From Eledone cirrhosa (taxonomy: Eukaryota), in NCBI GenBank assembly GCA_964016885.1, contig OZ024760.1:2790001-2854000 (forward strand): DNA of 64,000 nucleotides, written 5' to 3'. The position numbers and the translations under genes were made by a program. The notes below the pieces were generated by a model that ran no database searches, had not been told where the DNA came from, and saw nothing but the letters and a program-made list of their open reading frames with translations. Shown here in pieces: positions 41,431-54,036 of this stretch (positions are counted from its first letter, which is position 1; every line of letters begins with the position of its first letter).

Positions 41431-42420
41431 TTATATATATAATTATTTATATATGTATTTATATATATAATTCAAAATTCAATAAGATTATTATTATTAT
41501 TATTTATTTATACATGATGATGATGATCTATTATTATTTATTTATACATCTTTTATACATCATTTATACATATATAAGGTGGATTGGCAGTATCAGTAGA
41601 GGGCCGGACGCCATGCTTTCCAGCATAGTTACGTCCCTTTACGGTCTGAGTTCAAATCCCGCCGAGGTTGACTTTGCCTTTCATCCTTACGGGGTTGATA
41701 AAATAAAGTACCAGTAATGCACTGGGTATTTTCTGGCCTTGTGCCTAAAGTAGAAACAATTATTTATTTATACATCTATGTTACAACACGACCAGAATAT
41801 TTCATCAATTGTGGAGAAAAAACCCGATATTATCAGTTAAGTAACTCCATTATGGATGATTTATTTTAATCCATATGTCTTCAGGAAGTATAATAAAAAA
41901 AATAACAATAACTTGTTCTCCGTAAAAAGATTAGTAAAAAAAGTAAACACTGCAATATTTCTCATGAAAACTTCCTTTCTAATACCTATTGCTGTAACCA
42001 TTTTACAGCGTTTATGTATTTTAACTTATTTATGAAAAACACTCATAACTCTTTATCTCCTGCATGTCCAAAAAAGTATACATCACAAGCTTATACCTCT
42101 GCCTTTGTACTATGAATCTTGAATAATTCTTGATAATTTGTCTTATGATTTTAAACATAGACACACCCACATGCACACACATGCAACTTTAACAACATCT
42201 CATACAAGGAAATTGATTCCATGAAATATAACATCAGCAACTGATGCCATCTTTGAGCTTATCATGAACAAAAATGCTTGAAAACAGTTCATAAAATTTA
42301 AATATAAATTTGATTCCAAAGAGAAGAAACCAGAACAGTTTTCTCTAAGTTTGTTAACCCTTTTGCATTTACATTACTCTATATTTACTATTGTATTTTC
42401 ATGTTAACCCTTTACCATTT

Positions 42421-43076
42421 ACATTACTCTATATATACTATTGTATTTTCACAGTAAAGGCTTTACCTCACATAACATTTACATTACTCTATATTTACTA
42501 TTGTATCTTCACAGTAAAGGCTTTACCTCACATAACATTTACATTACTCTATATTTACTATTGTATCTTCACAGTAAAGGCTTTACCTCACATAACATTT
42601 ACATTACTCTATATTTACTATTGTATTTTCACAGTAAAGGCTTTACCTCACATAACATTTACATTACTCTATATTTACTATTGTATTTTCACAGTAAAGG
42701 CTTTACCTCACATAACATTTACATTACTCTATATTTACTATTGTATTTTCACAGTAAAGGCTTTACCTCACATAACATTTACATTACTCTATATTTACTA
42801 TTGTATCTTCACAGTAAAGGCTTTACCTCACATAACATTTACATTACTCTATATTTACTATTGTATTTTCACAGTAAAGGCTTTACCTCACATAACATTT
42901 ACATTACTCTATATTTACTATTGTATCTTCACAGTAAAGGCTTTACCTCACATAACATTTACATTACTCTATATTTACTATTGTATTTTCACAGTAAAGG
43001 CTTTACCTCACATAACATTTACATTACTCTATATTTACTATTGTATTTTCACAGTAAAGGCTTTACCTCACATAAT
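42421..43076. repeat. 60-bp tandem array (11 units) amplified inside MITE family P
   Basis: Unit acattactctatatttactattgtat(t/c)ttcacagtaaaggctttacctcacataacattt equals the subterminal MITE segment; MITE ends at 42354 and 43475. Confidence 0.95.
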
Positions 43077-44290
43077 TATGATTTCTATTATAGTATAGGC
43101 ACAAAGCCAGTAATTTGGAAGGAGAGGAAAGTCAATTAAATCGACCCCAGTACGTTACTGGTGCTTTATTTTATCGGCCCCGTAAGGATGAAAGGCAAAG
43201 TTAACCTTGGCGGGATTTGAACTCATACCGTAAAGGGCCGTAACTCTATGCTGCAAAGCATGGCATCCGACCCTCTACCGATACTGCCAATTCACCAACC
43301 TTTATCTCACATAATTATCTATCACGCATAATAACGAATCTACGAGATTTTTATGTTATTTATTTTGAAAACAATACCTTAACATCAGTATGAGTGGCCA
43401 GTTATGGCCAGTTTGTACAGAAAGAGGTGAGAGAGTTCTTGTTGGATATGGTTAGTTTAAATGCTAAAGGATTAAACTCTGATGAAGGGTATTTTAACTC
43501 CCGAAATATTAGGACAAAAGAAACAACAGCAACAAAAAAAGATTACCAGGTAACTAAATTTTTTGTTACCGTCATCTTATCGTCCATTTTGCATAGTTAT
43601 GGGACCATGTCATACCATACCATTGTAACCCTTATTTCCATTTGTCTTTCTTCTTATCAGTTCTATATGCCAACACACTTCTCCTTTTTCTCCTCCTCTC
43701 TAACCTTTTCTGGTTCATCTACTGGTCACTCACCTCACAACTTTAATTTTCTCTTTACCGACCACTGACCACTGTTTTCTGTCCTTAGAGGTATTTTACC
43801 CAACTTATACCCTGTCTTTGATGACATTTGGATGTTTTAACCACTATTCCTCGTTTTCAAGTATGCAAATTATTTTTATGAATTTTCTTTTCTTTTTTTA
43901 ACTTCCAATAGACGGTGAGTTCTGAAAAATAGCAGCACAGCATTAAAGAGCCAATTAAGAAGTGTTTCATTAGATCGTCTATTTTAACTAATTATAATTA
44001 TCAATTAACCCTGTTCTGTTCTCATTCGTAATTACTTTGTTGCTCTTTCTATTTATTTCCAAGTCTGTACTATTTTCTGTCCAATCACCTGTCATCTCAG
44101 GTGTCATATTTACTCAGTTCACAATACTGTTATATTATGTTACCTGACACTTTGAAAGCCAAAATAATTTCCCAACTCATTAATGTATTGAATGTTGGAC
44201 ATTCTCACAAAATATCAATATATCATATGGAACAAATTTTATTGGTTGAACTGTTTAACCAGCCCTGGGTTTATGTGTTTTATATATATA

Positions 44291-44670
44291 CTAGCAGAAT
44301 GGCCCAGCATTGCTCGGGATTTGCTCTAGGGTTCTTATATATTTGATATATATTTATCCTTATCAAGCCTCGTGAAATAAATATATTTGTTTATATTTTG
44401 TTATTGTGTATGCAAAAATATCTGTACACGAATATATAATTATATATATAACATTAAAATTTAAGCAAAGAATCACTGCTTTCACCCTTAATGGGATCTT
44501 CTGAAACTAAAAAATCAATCTGTGAATGCAGAAGTAAATATTTCGAAAAACGTTACACACTATATATACATATACACACACACACACATATAGCGACGTC
44601 ATAATGTCGTAATACAGACAACCAGACATACAGACAGATATTATAAGGGCACAACGTTATATTTATGTAT
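44291..44670 (-). mobile_element. Non-autonomous Helitron containing family C sequence
   Basis: CTAG plus hairpin (ctagcagaatggcccagcattgctcggg) at left; acagacaaccagacatacagacag..atttatgtat at right; internal blocks match 5690-5745 and 32165-32265. Confidence 0.55.
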
Positions 44671-45076
44671 CTATCTAAACAGAAAGACTATTGACTTTTA
44701 ACATTCTGTAATAAGTTAACAGAAAATATCTAAAAACAGGTTTGTTAATTCAAATATATATAGTAATTAAAATATTTATAAAACAGATTATCGTGAACAT
44801 TTGCAGAATTAATATAAAGAGAAAGTTTTAATCTGAAGCAGCCAAGAATGTCTTGATAGTGTGGTTTCATAGTTTTTGTTTTTTTTTAAATTCAGATGTT
44901 TGTATTATCTTTAATATTTGACACATCATTGTGAAAAGTTGTAATAGAGAGTAAAGACAGACATTTTTCACATGTTCAGTCAGAATGTTGTTAGTAATTT
45001 TCAAGAATGTCTTGGCTAGTGTGGTTTTATGTTGTATAGTACGTTAAGAGTTAAGCCTTCTCTTTTCCTGGTATGG

Positions 45077-45109
<33 letters not shown>

Positions 45110-45375
45110 ACGTCCGCTTTTCCCTGCTTGCAAGGGTGGAACGGGTCCTATTCAGCACAGCATCTCTTCACTTGTGACGGTCCTTTGTCATCTCCTCCGT
45201 GAACTTCAGCAATCTGGGGTCTGCTCTCAATGAGCAATATTGTATCGTAGAACCAAGTGGGGAGGTCAAGCAGTTTGGTATTAAATGCAATAAGCTGGTA
45301 TTTGGAACATAACTTAACAAAAATTCTTATAAAAAATTATGATAGAAGGTTTTTATATATATATATATATATATA

Positions 45376-45826
45376 TACGATATTAATAAATGGAAACTAT
45401 ATTTATAAAACCATATTTATTTCATTATACATATTTCAGGGATACCAAATTAAATTATAGTATGCCTTCATCAGACAAAATACAATATATAACAGTTTTA
45501 CAAATAAGCTTTGACGTACCCTTTTAAAATGCAACCATTATTTTTGGAAGGGTGGTGGATTGGCAGTATCGGTAGAGGGTCGGACGCCATGCTTTCCAGC
45601 ATAGTTACGTCCCTTTACGATCTGAGTTCAAATCCCGCCGAGGTTGACTTTGCCTTTCATCCTTACGGGGTCGATAAAATAAAGTACCAGTAATGCACTG
45701 GGTAATTGCTGGCCTTGTGCCTAAAGTAGAAACAATTATTTTTGGAAGCCATCTGGTATCCCTGAAATATGTATAATGAAATAAATATGGTTTTATAAAT
45801 ATAGTTTCCATTTATTAATATCGTAT
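45376..45826. mobile_element. Family B fold-back element with minus-strand hammerhead (45418-45482), split by SINE S1 (45551-45737)
   Basis: Minus tattttgt-CTGATGA-aggcatac..gtatccct-GAAAT-ATGT-ATA-atgaaata; SINE TSD attatttttggaag at 45537-45550 and 45735-45748. Confidence 0.8.
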
Positions 45827-45911
45827 ATCTACTCCAAATACTTTTCGAGTGCTTTATATCAGTTATAAAAATATTTACTTGTTGTATCCCAACAATTTTA
45901 AATAGAACTTT

Positions 45912-45952
<41 letters not shown>

Positions 45953-46349
45953 AGTTTAATATAAACAGTTTTGTAGCATAGAACCTGATGTCATTTCACA
46001 CAGTTTGGTGGTACATAGGTTAAGTTACTGTTTGGAATATACGTTAACCCTTTAGCATTTAAACCGGCTGTATCCAGCCATAATTCTCTCACCTCTTTCT
46101 GCTGAAACTGGCCGCAACTGGCCACTCGTGTGAAAGTATTGTTCTCAAAATAAGTAATATCAAAATCTCATAGATTCGATATTATGTGAGATAATTATGT
46201 AAGGTAAAGCCTTTACTGCGAAAATACAATAGTAAATATAGAGTAATGTAAATGGTAAAGGGTTAACAAAAATTCTGATGGAAGGTGTTTTCATAGATAA
46301 ACACTGTAGCAGTTGCCTCCCTTATTGTGACACTCACAACACCATCTAG

Positions 46350-46498
46350 ACAGGAAGTAGAACCCTTTCTGTAACTTCCAGTCAGAACCCTATAAAACTA
46401 ACAACTTTAAGTTCTCACTCTCATTTGCCCTTCCGGCGCCTGGCCTTCGCCAGGCGTCTTCTGCCAGCCGCGTTTGCCTGGCAATCAAAACGGTAACT
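46350..46498 (+). promoter_or_regulatory. Candidate Pol II core promoter and short non-coding first exon
   Basis: ACAGGAAGT (ETS-like) at 46350; TATAAAA at 46391; TCATTT initiator-like at 46421; CpG-rich unique stretch; donor-like G|GTAACT at 46492/46493. Confidence 0.45.
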
Positions 46499-47086
46499 AC
46501 TAACTTTGCTTCATTCTTTCGTTTATTCATTGACATGTCAACTATACTGTTAAATTGTTGATTAAATATTATACACACAAACGATGTCTCCTTGTTACAT
46601 TCATACACACCAGTATCCCGCTATAACACTTTAAATCAAACAGTTTTGTATCATCAGACCAGGGGTGGTTTCAGGTAGTTTAGTGGCATATGGTTTAAGC
46701 TACTGGTTCCAACATACTTTAAAGATTCTTACATAAAATTATGAGAGAAGGTTTTTAGATAAACATAAACACTTTAAAATAAGCAGTTTTGTATGGTGTT
46801 AGGAAGGACATCCAGCTGTAGAAATCAAGTGAAAATCAGTTCTGTATGAGCAAGACATGGTCACCTGACCTGGCATTGCCCACAACAGGACAACCCATCT
46901 AACCTATGCTAACGTGGAAGAATGGACGTAAAACAGTGATGATAATAATAATGAAATTATTGTGTAAAGTGCTCAGGTGCACTACAACTCGTCAAAGGTG
47001 TATGTATAGTACATAGAATAATACACAAATGTCAGGGAAGTACATGTGTGTATGTGTTAGCTGTAGTGTTGGCAGATCTCGGGAAG

Positions 47087-48188
47087 CATGGAGGCCTTAA
47101 AGGATGCAGTGTCTTGACAGCTAACAACTGATGCAGGTAGTTTGTTCCATGGAGGCCTTAAAGGATGCAGTGTCTCGACAGCTAACAACTGATGCAGGTA
47201 GTTTGTTCCATGGAGGCCTTAAAGGATGCAGTGTCTCGACAGCTAACAACTGATGCAGGTAGTTTGTTCCATGGAGGTTTTAAAGGATGCAGTGTCTCGA
47301 CAGCTAACAACTGATGCATGTAGTTTGTTCCATGGAGGCCTTAAAGGATGCAGTGTCTCGACAGCTAACAACTGATGCAGGTAGTTTGTTCCATGGAGGC
47401 CTTAAAGGATGCAGTGTCTCGACAGCTAACAACTGATGCAGGTAGTTTGTTCCATGGAGGCCTTAAAGGATGCAGTGTCTCGACAGCTAACAACTGATGC
47501 AGGTAGTTTGTTCCATGGAGGCCTTAAAGGATGCAGTGTCTCGACAGCTAACAACTGATGCAGGTAGTTTGTTCCATGGAGGCCTTAAAGGATGCAGTGT
47601 CTCGACAGCTAACAACTGATGCAGGTAGTTTGTTCCATGGAGGCCTTAAAGGATGCAGTGTCTCGACAGCTAACAACTGATGCAGGTAGTTTGTTCCATG
47701 GAGGTTTTAAAGGATGTAGTGTCTCGACAGCTAACAAGTGATGCAGGTAGTTTGTTCCATGGAGGCCTTAAAGGATGCAGTGTCTCGACAGCTAACAACT
47801 GATGCATGTAGTTTGTTCCATGGAGGCCTTAAAGGATGCAGTGTCTCGACAGCTAACAACTGATGCAGGTAGTTTGTTCCATGGAGGCCTTAAAGGATGC
47901 AGTGTCTCGACAGCTAACAAGTGATGCAGGTAGTTTGTTCCATGGAGGCCTTAAAGGATGTAGTGTCTCGACAGCTAACAAGTGATGCAGGTAGTTTGTT
48001 CCATGGAGGCCTTAAAGGATGCAGTGTCTCGACAGCTAACAACTGATGCATGTAGTTTGTTCCATGGAGGCCTTAAAGGATGCAGTGTCTCGGCAGCTAA
48101 CAACTGATGCAGGTAGTTTGTTCCATGGAGGCCTTAAAGGATGCAGTGTCTCGACAGCTAACAACTGATGCAGGTAGTTTGTTCCATG
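47087..48188. repeat. 61-bp tandem array, 18 units, inside a second CR1-like 3' fragment (46955-48265, minus strand)
   Basis: Same unit and boundaries as 15468-16630; 1098 bp = 18 x 61; mostly the ggcc variant. Confidence 0.95.
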
Positions 48189-48561
48189 CTTCAGCAACTC
48201 TGAGCGTGAAAAAATGTTTCCGAAAGTCATGGGAACTGTGCTGTTTTCTTACTTTGTGGGCATGATGCTGATGATGCGAACCAGGAGCGATTTCACAAAG
48301 TTTGGTATCAAAAGGGTTAAATGGTTTCTCTAGGCTTTGGGATATTTTTCTTCTGTAGAATTTCTCTTGAAAAACAATTTTTCTTTTAAATATAGGTCAA
48401 AGATCAACTAGATTTCCAACACGAGGTTTCTGACCAAAATTCCAAATCAATATTCTTGTGTTCTTGTATTCCATGATTGACAAAATAAATACTGTACACT
48501 TTCATACCACCTAATCAATAGATGTGGAATAAGTCTCTCTCTCTCTCTCTTTCTCCCCCCC

Positions 48562-48597
<36 letters not shown>

Positions 48598-51194
48598 GTA
48601 TGTATATATATATATATCTTTCTTCTTTCTCTCTCTCCTGCTCTTACACACACACACCCTCTCTCACTCCATCTCTGTCTACCATTATCTCTCCTCTTCC
48701 CCATCACCTGTCACTTCCCATTCCCCCACTCTTCATTTCTTCATTCTTTCTTTCTTTTTCTCTGGCCCTTCTCTCTCTCTTTCTCTCTCTCTCACTCTCT
48801 CTCTTCCTCTCCATCCTCTCCTTGTTTCCTCCGCCTCTCTTTTTCTGTAATTCAGTCAGCCATAACTACTTATTTGATTAATCTGTTAGTTTTGTATATT
48901 TGGGTCATAAACAGTAAATGCACACACATACACACACATACACACACATACACACACATACACACACATACACACACACACATACACACACATACACACA
49001 CACACACACACGTGCACACACATACACACACATACACACACATACACACACATGCACACACATACACACACATACACACACATACACACACATGAACACA
49101 CATGAACACACATACACACACATGCACACACACATACACATACACACACATACACACATACACACACATACACACACATACACACACACATACACACACA
49201 TACACACACATACACACACATACACACACACACATACACACACATACACACACACATACATACACACACATACACACACATGCACACACATACACACACA
49301 TGAACACACATGAACACATACACACACATGCACACACATACACATACACACACATACACACACATACACACACATGCACACACATACACATACACACACA
49401 TACACACACATACACACACACATACACACACATACACACACATACACACACATACACTCACATATACACACACGTACACACACACACATATACACACGTG
49501 CACACACATACACACACATACACACACATACACACACATGCACACACATACACACACATACACACACATGCACACACATACACACACATACTAATCATGC
49601 ATGGAGGATGACCGCTGGGTAAAGAAGTGCCGAGAAATCCCAGTAGAAGGAAGATGCAGTAGAGGAAGACCACGAAAAACATGGGCGGAGGTGGTGAGAG
49701 CAGACCTCAGATCGCTGAAGCTCACGGAGGAGATGACGAAGGGCCGTGACAAGTGGAGAGATGCTGTGCTGAATAGGACCCATCCCACCCTTGCAAGCAG
49801 GGAAAAGCGGACATAAAATGATGATGATGATGATGAAACAGTTCTAGTCTTGTAGAAGTCACTTCTATGTAAAGCAAAATCATCATCATCATCATCATCA
49901 TCATCCTCATCATCATTATCATTATCATCATTTTTCACGTTTGTTTTTCCATACTTTTCACTGGTTGGGTGGGTCCTTCTCATCACAGCATCTCTGCTCT
50001 CGCAGCATTCTTTTGTCATCATCTCCTCTGTGAATCTCAGAGATTTGATTTGCAGTCAGCTCTCACCACCTCTGCCCAGGTCTTTTTTGGTCTACTACTA
50101 CTGTGGCTTCCTTCCACAGGCATTTCCTGGCACTCCTTCACCCAGCAATTATTATCCATGCGTCATCACATGTCTGTACCAACACAGTCTTCTCTCTTGC
50201 ACACCACCTCAGATTTTTTCATAAACCCAGCTTCTCTTTCAGCTCATCCAAGCTCTACCTTTCTCTCTCATTTACATTACACATCCAACAAAGCATAGTG
50301 TGTGTGTGTATATATATATGGCTTAGTGGTTAGAGCATTGGCCTTGCAATCGAAAGGTTGTGAGTTCAATTCTCAGACCGGGTGATGTGTTGTTTCCTTG
50401 AGCAAGACACTTTATTTCACATTGCCCCAGTTTACTCAGCTGTAGAAATGAGATGATAGAAATGATAGGGTCCCTATCATTCCACTGCAAAGTGGTCGTG
50501 GAGGTGCCACGGCAAAAAAAAAGCACCCAGCACTCACTGTAAATGAGGTTGGTGTTAGGGAGGGCATCCAGCTGTAGAAATCAAGCCAGAATCAGTTCCC
50601 GTCCCACCCTTGCAAGCAGGGAAAAGCGGACGTAAAATGAATGATGATGATGATGATGATGATAAAAGAAAGGCAAAATGATCAAGATCATATGTATATA
50701 TGTGTGTTTGTGTTTATATATATATATAACGGACGTTAAACGAAGATGATGATGATGATATATGTGTGTGTGTTTATATATATATATATATATGTGTGTG
50801 TGTTTGAGTTTATATATATATATGTATATGTGTGTGTTTTTATATATATATATATGTATATGTGTGTGTTTGAGTTTATATATATATATGTATATGTGTG
50901 TGTTTTTATATATATATGTATGTATATGTGTGTGTGCATGTTTATATATATATATATATATATGTATATGTATATGTGTGTGTGCATGTTTATATATATA
51001 TATATATATGTGTGTATGTGTGTTTATATATATATATGTGTGTATATATGTGTGTGTGTTTATATATATATATGTATATATGTGTGTGTGTTTATATATA
51101 TATATATATGTGTGTATGTGTGTTTATATATATATATGTATATATGTGTGTGTGTTTATATATATATGTATATATGTGTGTTTATGTATGTATG

Positions 51195-51229
<35 letters not shown>

Positions 51230-51559
51230 GCGTGTGACTGTCTTATTCTAGTGTAATAGCTTTTAAATCAATGCTCTCCGCTATCACCAACAGGTCTCAT
51301 GAAAATTCTATTTATCATACTTAAACCAATGTAAGCCTTTCTCCTCCATTCATCTGCCTAAATCCTTGCTGTATTGTCAGCTTCAGGTTTTATGGTCATA
51401 TTTTATACAAAACCTACTGAATAGGTGAAGGCAATCTCTTTACACATGTATGGAAAATATATAGAGCGTGTACTGGCGCATGTATTTATATATACCACTT
51501 CATCACGTGTTCCAGTCAACAGGCTGAGGACATGCTGGGGCACTGTCATTGCTGCTACA

Positions 51560-52010
51560 CTTTCTACAGCCAGCCTTCCCTGGTTGGCCATTGATGCAAA
51601 AGGGAGTCTCGTTGCTGCCGTTCTTATTTGTGCTTCACCCCTTGGTGTGGGTTCATCCAAGATCCCAGTCAGCAGGAAAGTCAAGATGTCTCTTGAAAAT
51701 ATCCACATGTACACCATGCACATATCTAAGACTCTTTGACAGCTTATTAAAAAGCTGAGGTCACTTGAACCCCAGGTTATTGTAGTCTGTGGTCCTTATT
51801 TTTGATGCAACGGATGGAACCTTTGCCACTACACAGTGCTGCCCTGTTCATGGGTTGGTCCACCCTTCAATGCCAAAGTTTGGTGCTAACCTTTCGAGGA
51901 TCTTCCATATGTATATCACTGTGTAACTCTCCTGTCTCTACTCCAGGGACTAAAGCTTTCATTTCTTCAGCCTCTCCCAGTAGCTCAAGTTCAGCAGTTA
52001 GTTTGGCACT
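51560..52010 (-). pseudogene. Decayed CR1/jockey-group LINE ORF2 C-terminus
   Basis: Minus strand reads YWERLKKxK..SLExRQESYTVIYIWKILERLAPNFGIE..LGFKxPQLFNKLSKSLR..IFKRHLD..ILDEPT across stops and frameshifts. Confidence 0.75.
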
Positions 52011-52221
52011 TTATACTTAGTAAACTGATTTATATATATATATACATCATCATATATAGGGTGTATATCATCATTATGTCTATACAAGTTTAATCTGTAC
52101 TTTATATAGAAATGTCTTCTACAGAAATAGAACTGTTTCATTCGTATGAAATCATCAATACTTTCCTGACGATTTCCTGCTAATGAAGTTGTAGTGCACC
52201 TGAGCACTGTACACAATAATT

Positions 52222-52252
<31 letters not shown>

Positions 52253-52417
52253 TTATATATATCATGTATATATATATATATATATACATATACATATCAT
52301 GTATATTTATATATATAAATAAGTGAAGTAACAACCCAACCAGGAACTGGGCATATCAGGGTATTGACAAAGTTAAACACCTCAACATGTGTACTTGTCT
52401 ATACCACACTAATTCGA

Positions 52418-52472
52418 ACTGCCTGAAGAGGTCACAGCCAAAGATGGCTGTCACCGAAATATATATAGCAGT
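52418..52472 (+). ncRNA. Intact-looking type-I hammerhead ribozyme (family E element 52318-52520)
   Basis: actgc-CTGAAGA-ggt-c-acagcca-aaga-tggctgt-c-acc-GAAAT-ATAT-ATA-gcagt: all core bases present, three helices, predicted cleavage after 52467. Confidence 0.85.
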
Positions 52473-52827
52473 AATAAACGAAGCCAAATTTTAAACATTT
52501 GACTTATTTATTTTATTTTATTTTATATATATATATATATATATCATCATCATTTCATCATCATCATTTCATCATCATCATTTCATTTTACGTCCACTTT
52601 TTCCTGCTTGCAAGGGTGGGACGGGAACTGATTCTGGCTTGATTTCTACAGCTGGATGCCCTTCCTAACACCAACCTCATTTACAGTGAGTGCTGGGTGC
52701 TTTTTTGCCATGGCACCTCCACGACCACTTTGCAGTGGAAGGATATGGACCCCAGTCCCTATCATCTCATTTCTACAGCTGAGTAAACTGGAGCAATGTG
52801 AAATAAAGTGTCTTGCTCAAGGAAACA

Positions 52828-52861
<34 letters not shown>

Positions 52862-53051
52862 TGCCAGTTGAAGGAAGACGTGGTAGAGGTAGACCACGAA
52901 AAACATGGGCGGAGGTGGTGAGAACAGACCTCAGATCATTGAAGTTCACGGTGGAGATGACGAGGGACCGTGACGAGCGGAGAGATGCTGTGATGAATAA
53001 GACCCGTCCCACCCTTGCAAGCAGGGAAAAGCGGATGTAAAATGATGATGA

Positions 53052-53086
<35 letters not shown>

Positions 53087-53347
53087 CATACCTTTTTCCT
53101 TCATAAAATATGAGCTGTTGTAAGACTTTAAACCAGTCATTAATCTTAAAAGAAAGGAAAAAAGCTCAAGATCATATTTTCCACACTAAACACTGCTTTA
53201 AAATAAGACTTCACATGGAAACTATTTCACATCTCACTTTTGGTATTCTTATTATGGTTTTTAAACATAACCTACTCTTTCTCTACCATTTTTTTTATCT
53301 ATCTCTATATATATATAATTGATTTATCTATCTATCTTTGTATCTGC

Positions 53348-53383
<36 letters not shown>

Positions 53384-53394
53384 ATCTATCTAGT

Positions 53395-53988
53395 TTTATG
53401 AAAGGTGGGTGAAAGTGGCGAGAAAGGCCCGAGTGAATGGGCCTTCTCTCTATACCAGCCTGTAGGTTGAGGAAAAGGAGGAGGAGAGGAAAGGAGTACA
53501 AACTCTTCGTACTCCCGGAGATGAGGGTTGCACATTTTTTCGGGGTGTGTACAACCCTGTGTAACGCCTCCCCCCTATTTGGGATTTCAATTGTTATTTG
53601 TTATTTTTATTAATAGTTTTATTTTCATATACCTGTATGTAAACTCCCCATTTGGATTTGTCCCCTTCTTTTGTGGCTAATAAAAAAATGTATCTGTGTA
53701 TCCAGCTATTTCTCTCTATATAAACCTTTAGGTTGAGAAAGGGAAACAGAGGGAAGACAGAAACACCTACAAAACGTGTTCCTGGTGTTGAGGGTTGTTC
53801 TATCCACGGGGTGTAAAACAACCCTGCAGTAACGTTCCCCCCCCCCCTATTGGGGATTACAATTGTTATTTTATTATATATAGTTTATTGTTATTTATTA
53901 ATGTTAAAGTTATTTTTGTGTAAAACCCCCGCCGTCACGTCTTGTAATGTCCCCTTTTTGTATGCCCCTGTGGCAAATAAAGAAAGAC

Positions 53989-53990
<2 letters not shown>
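53395..53990 (+). mobile_element. Tx1/L1-like 3' fragment inserted in (ATCT)n
   Basis: FYERWVKVARKARVNGPSL ORF end, duplicated gtaacg..cccccctatt UTR block, aataaagaaa end; (TATC)n on both flanks. Confidence 0.55.

Positions 53991-54036
<46 letters not shown>

Noticed and set aside
42391-43139. 235-aa and 232-aa repetitive ORFs
   Set aside because: Open only because a 60-bp MITE-derived unit is a multiple of three
51403-51739. Host-gene exon candidates (106-aa and 104-aa ORFs)
   Set aside because: Better explained as a frameshifted LINE ORF2 C-terminus on the minus strand
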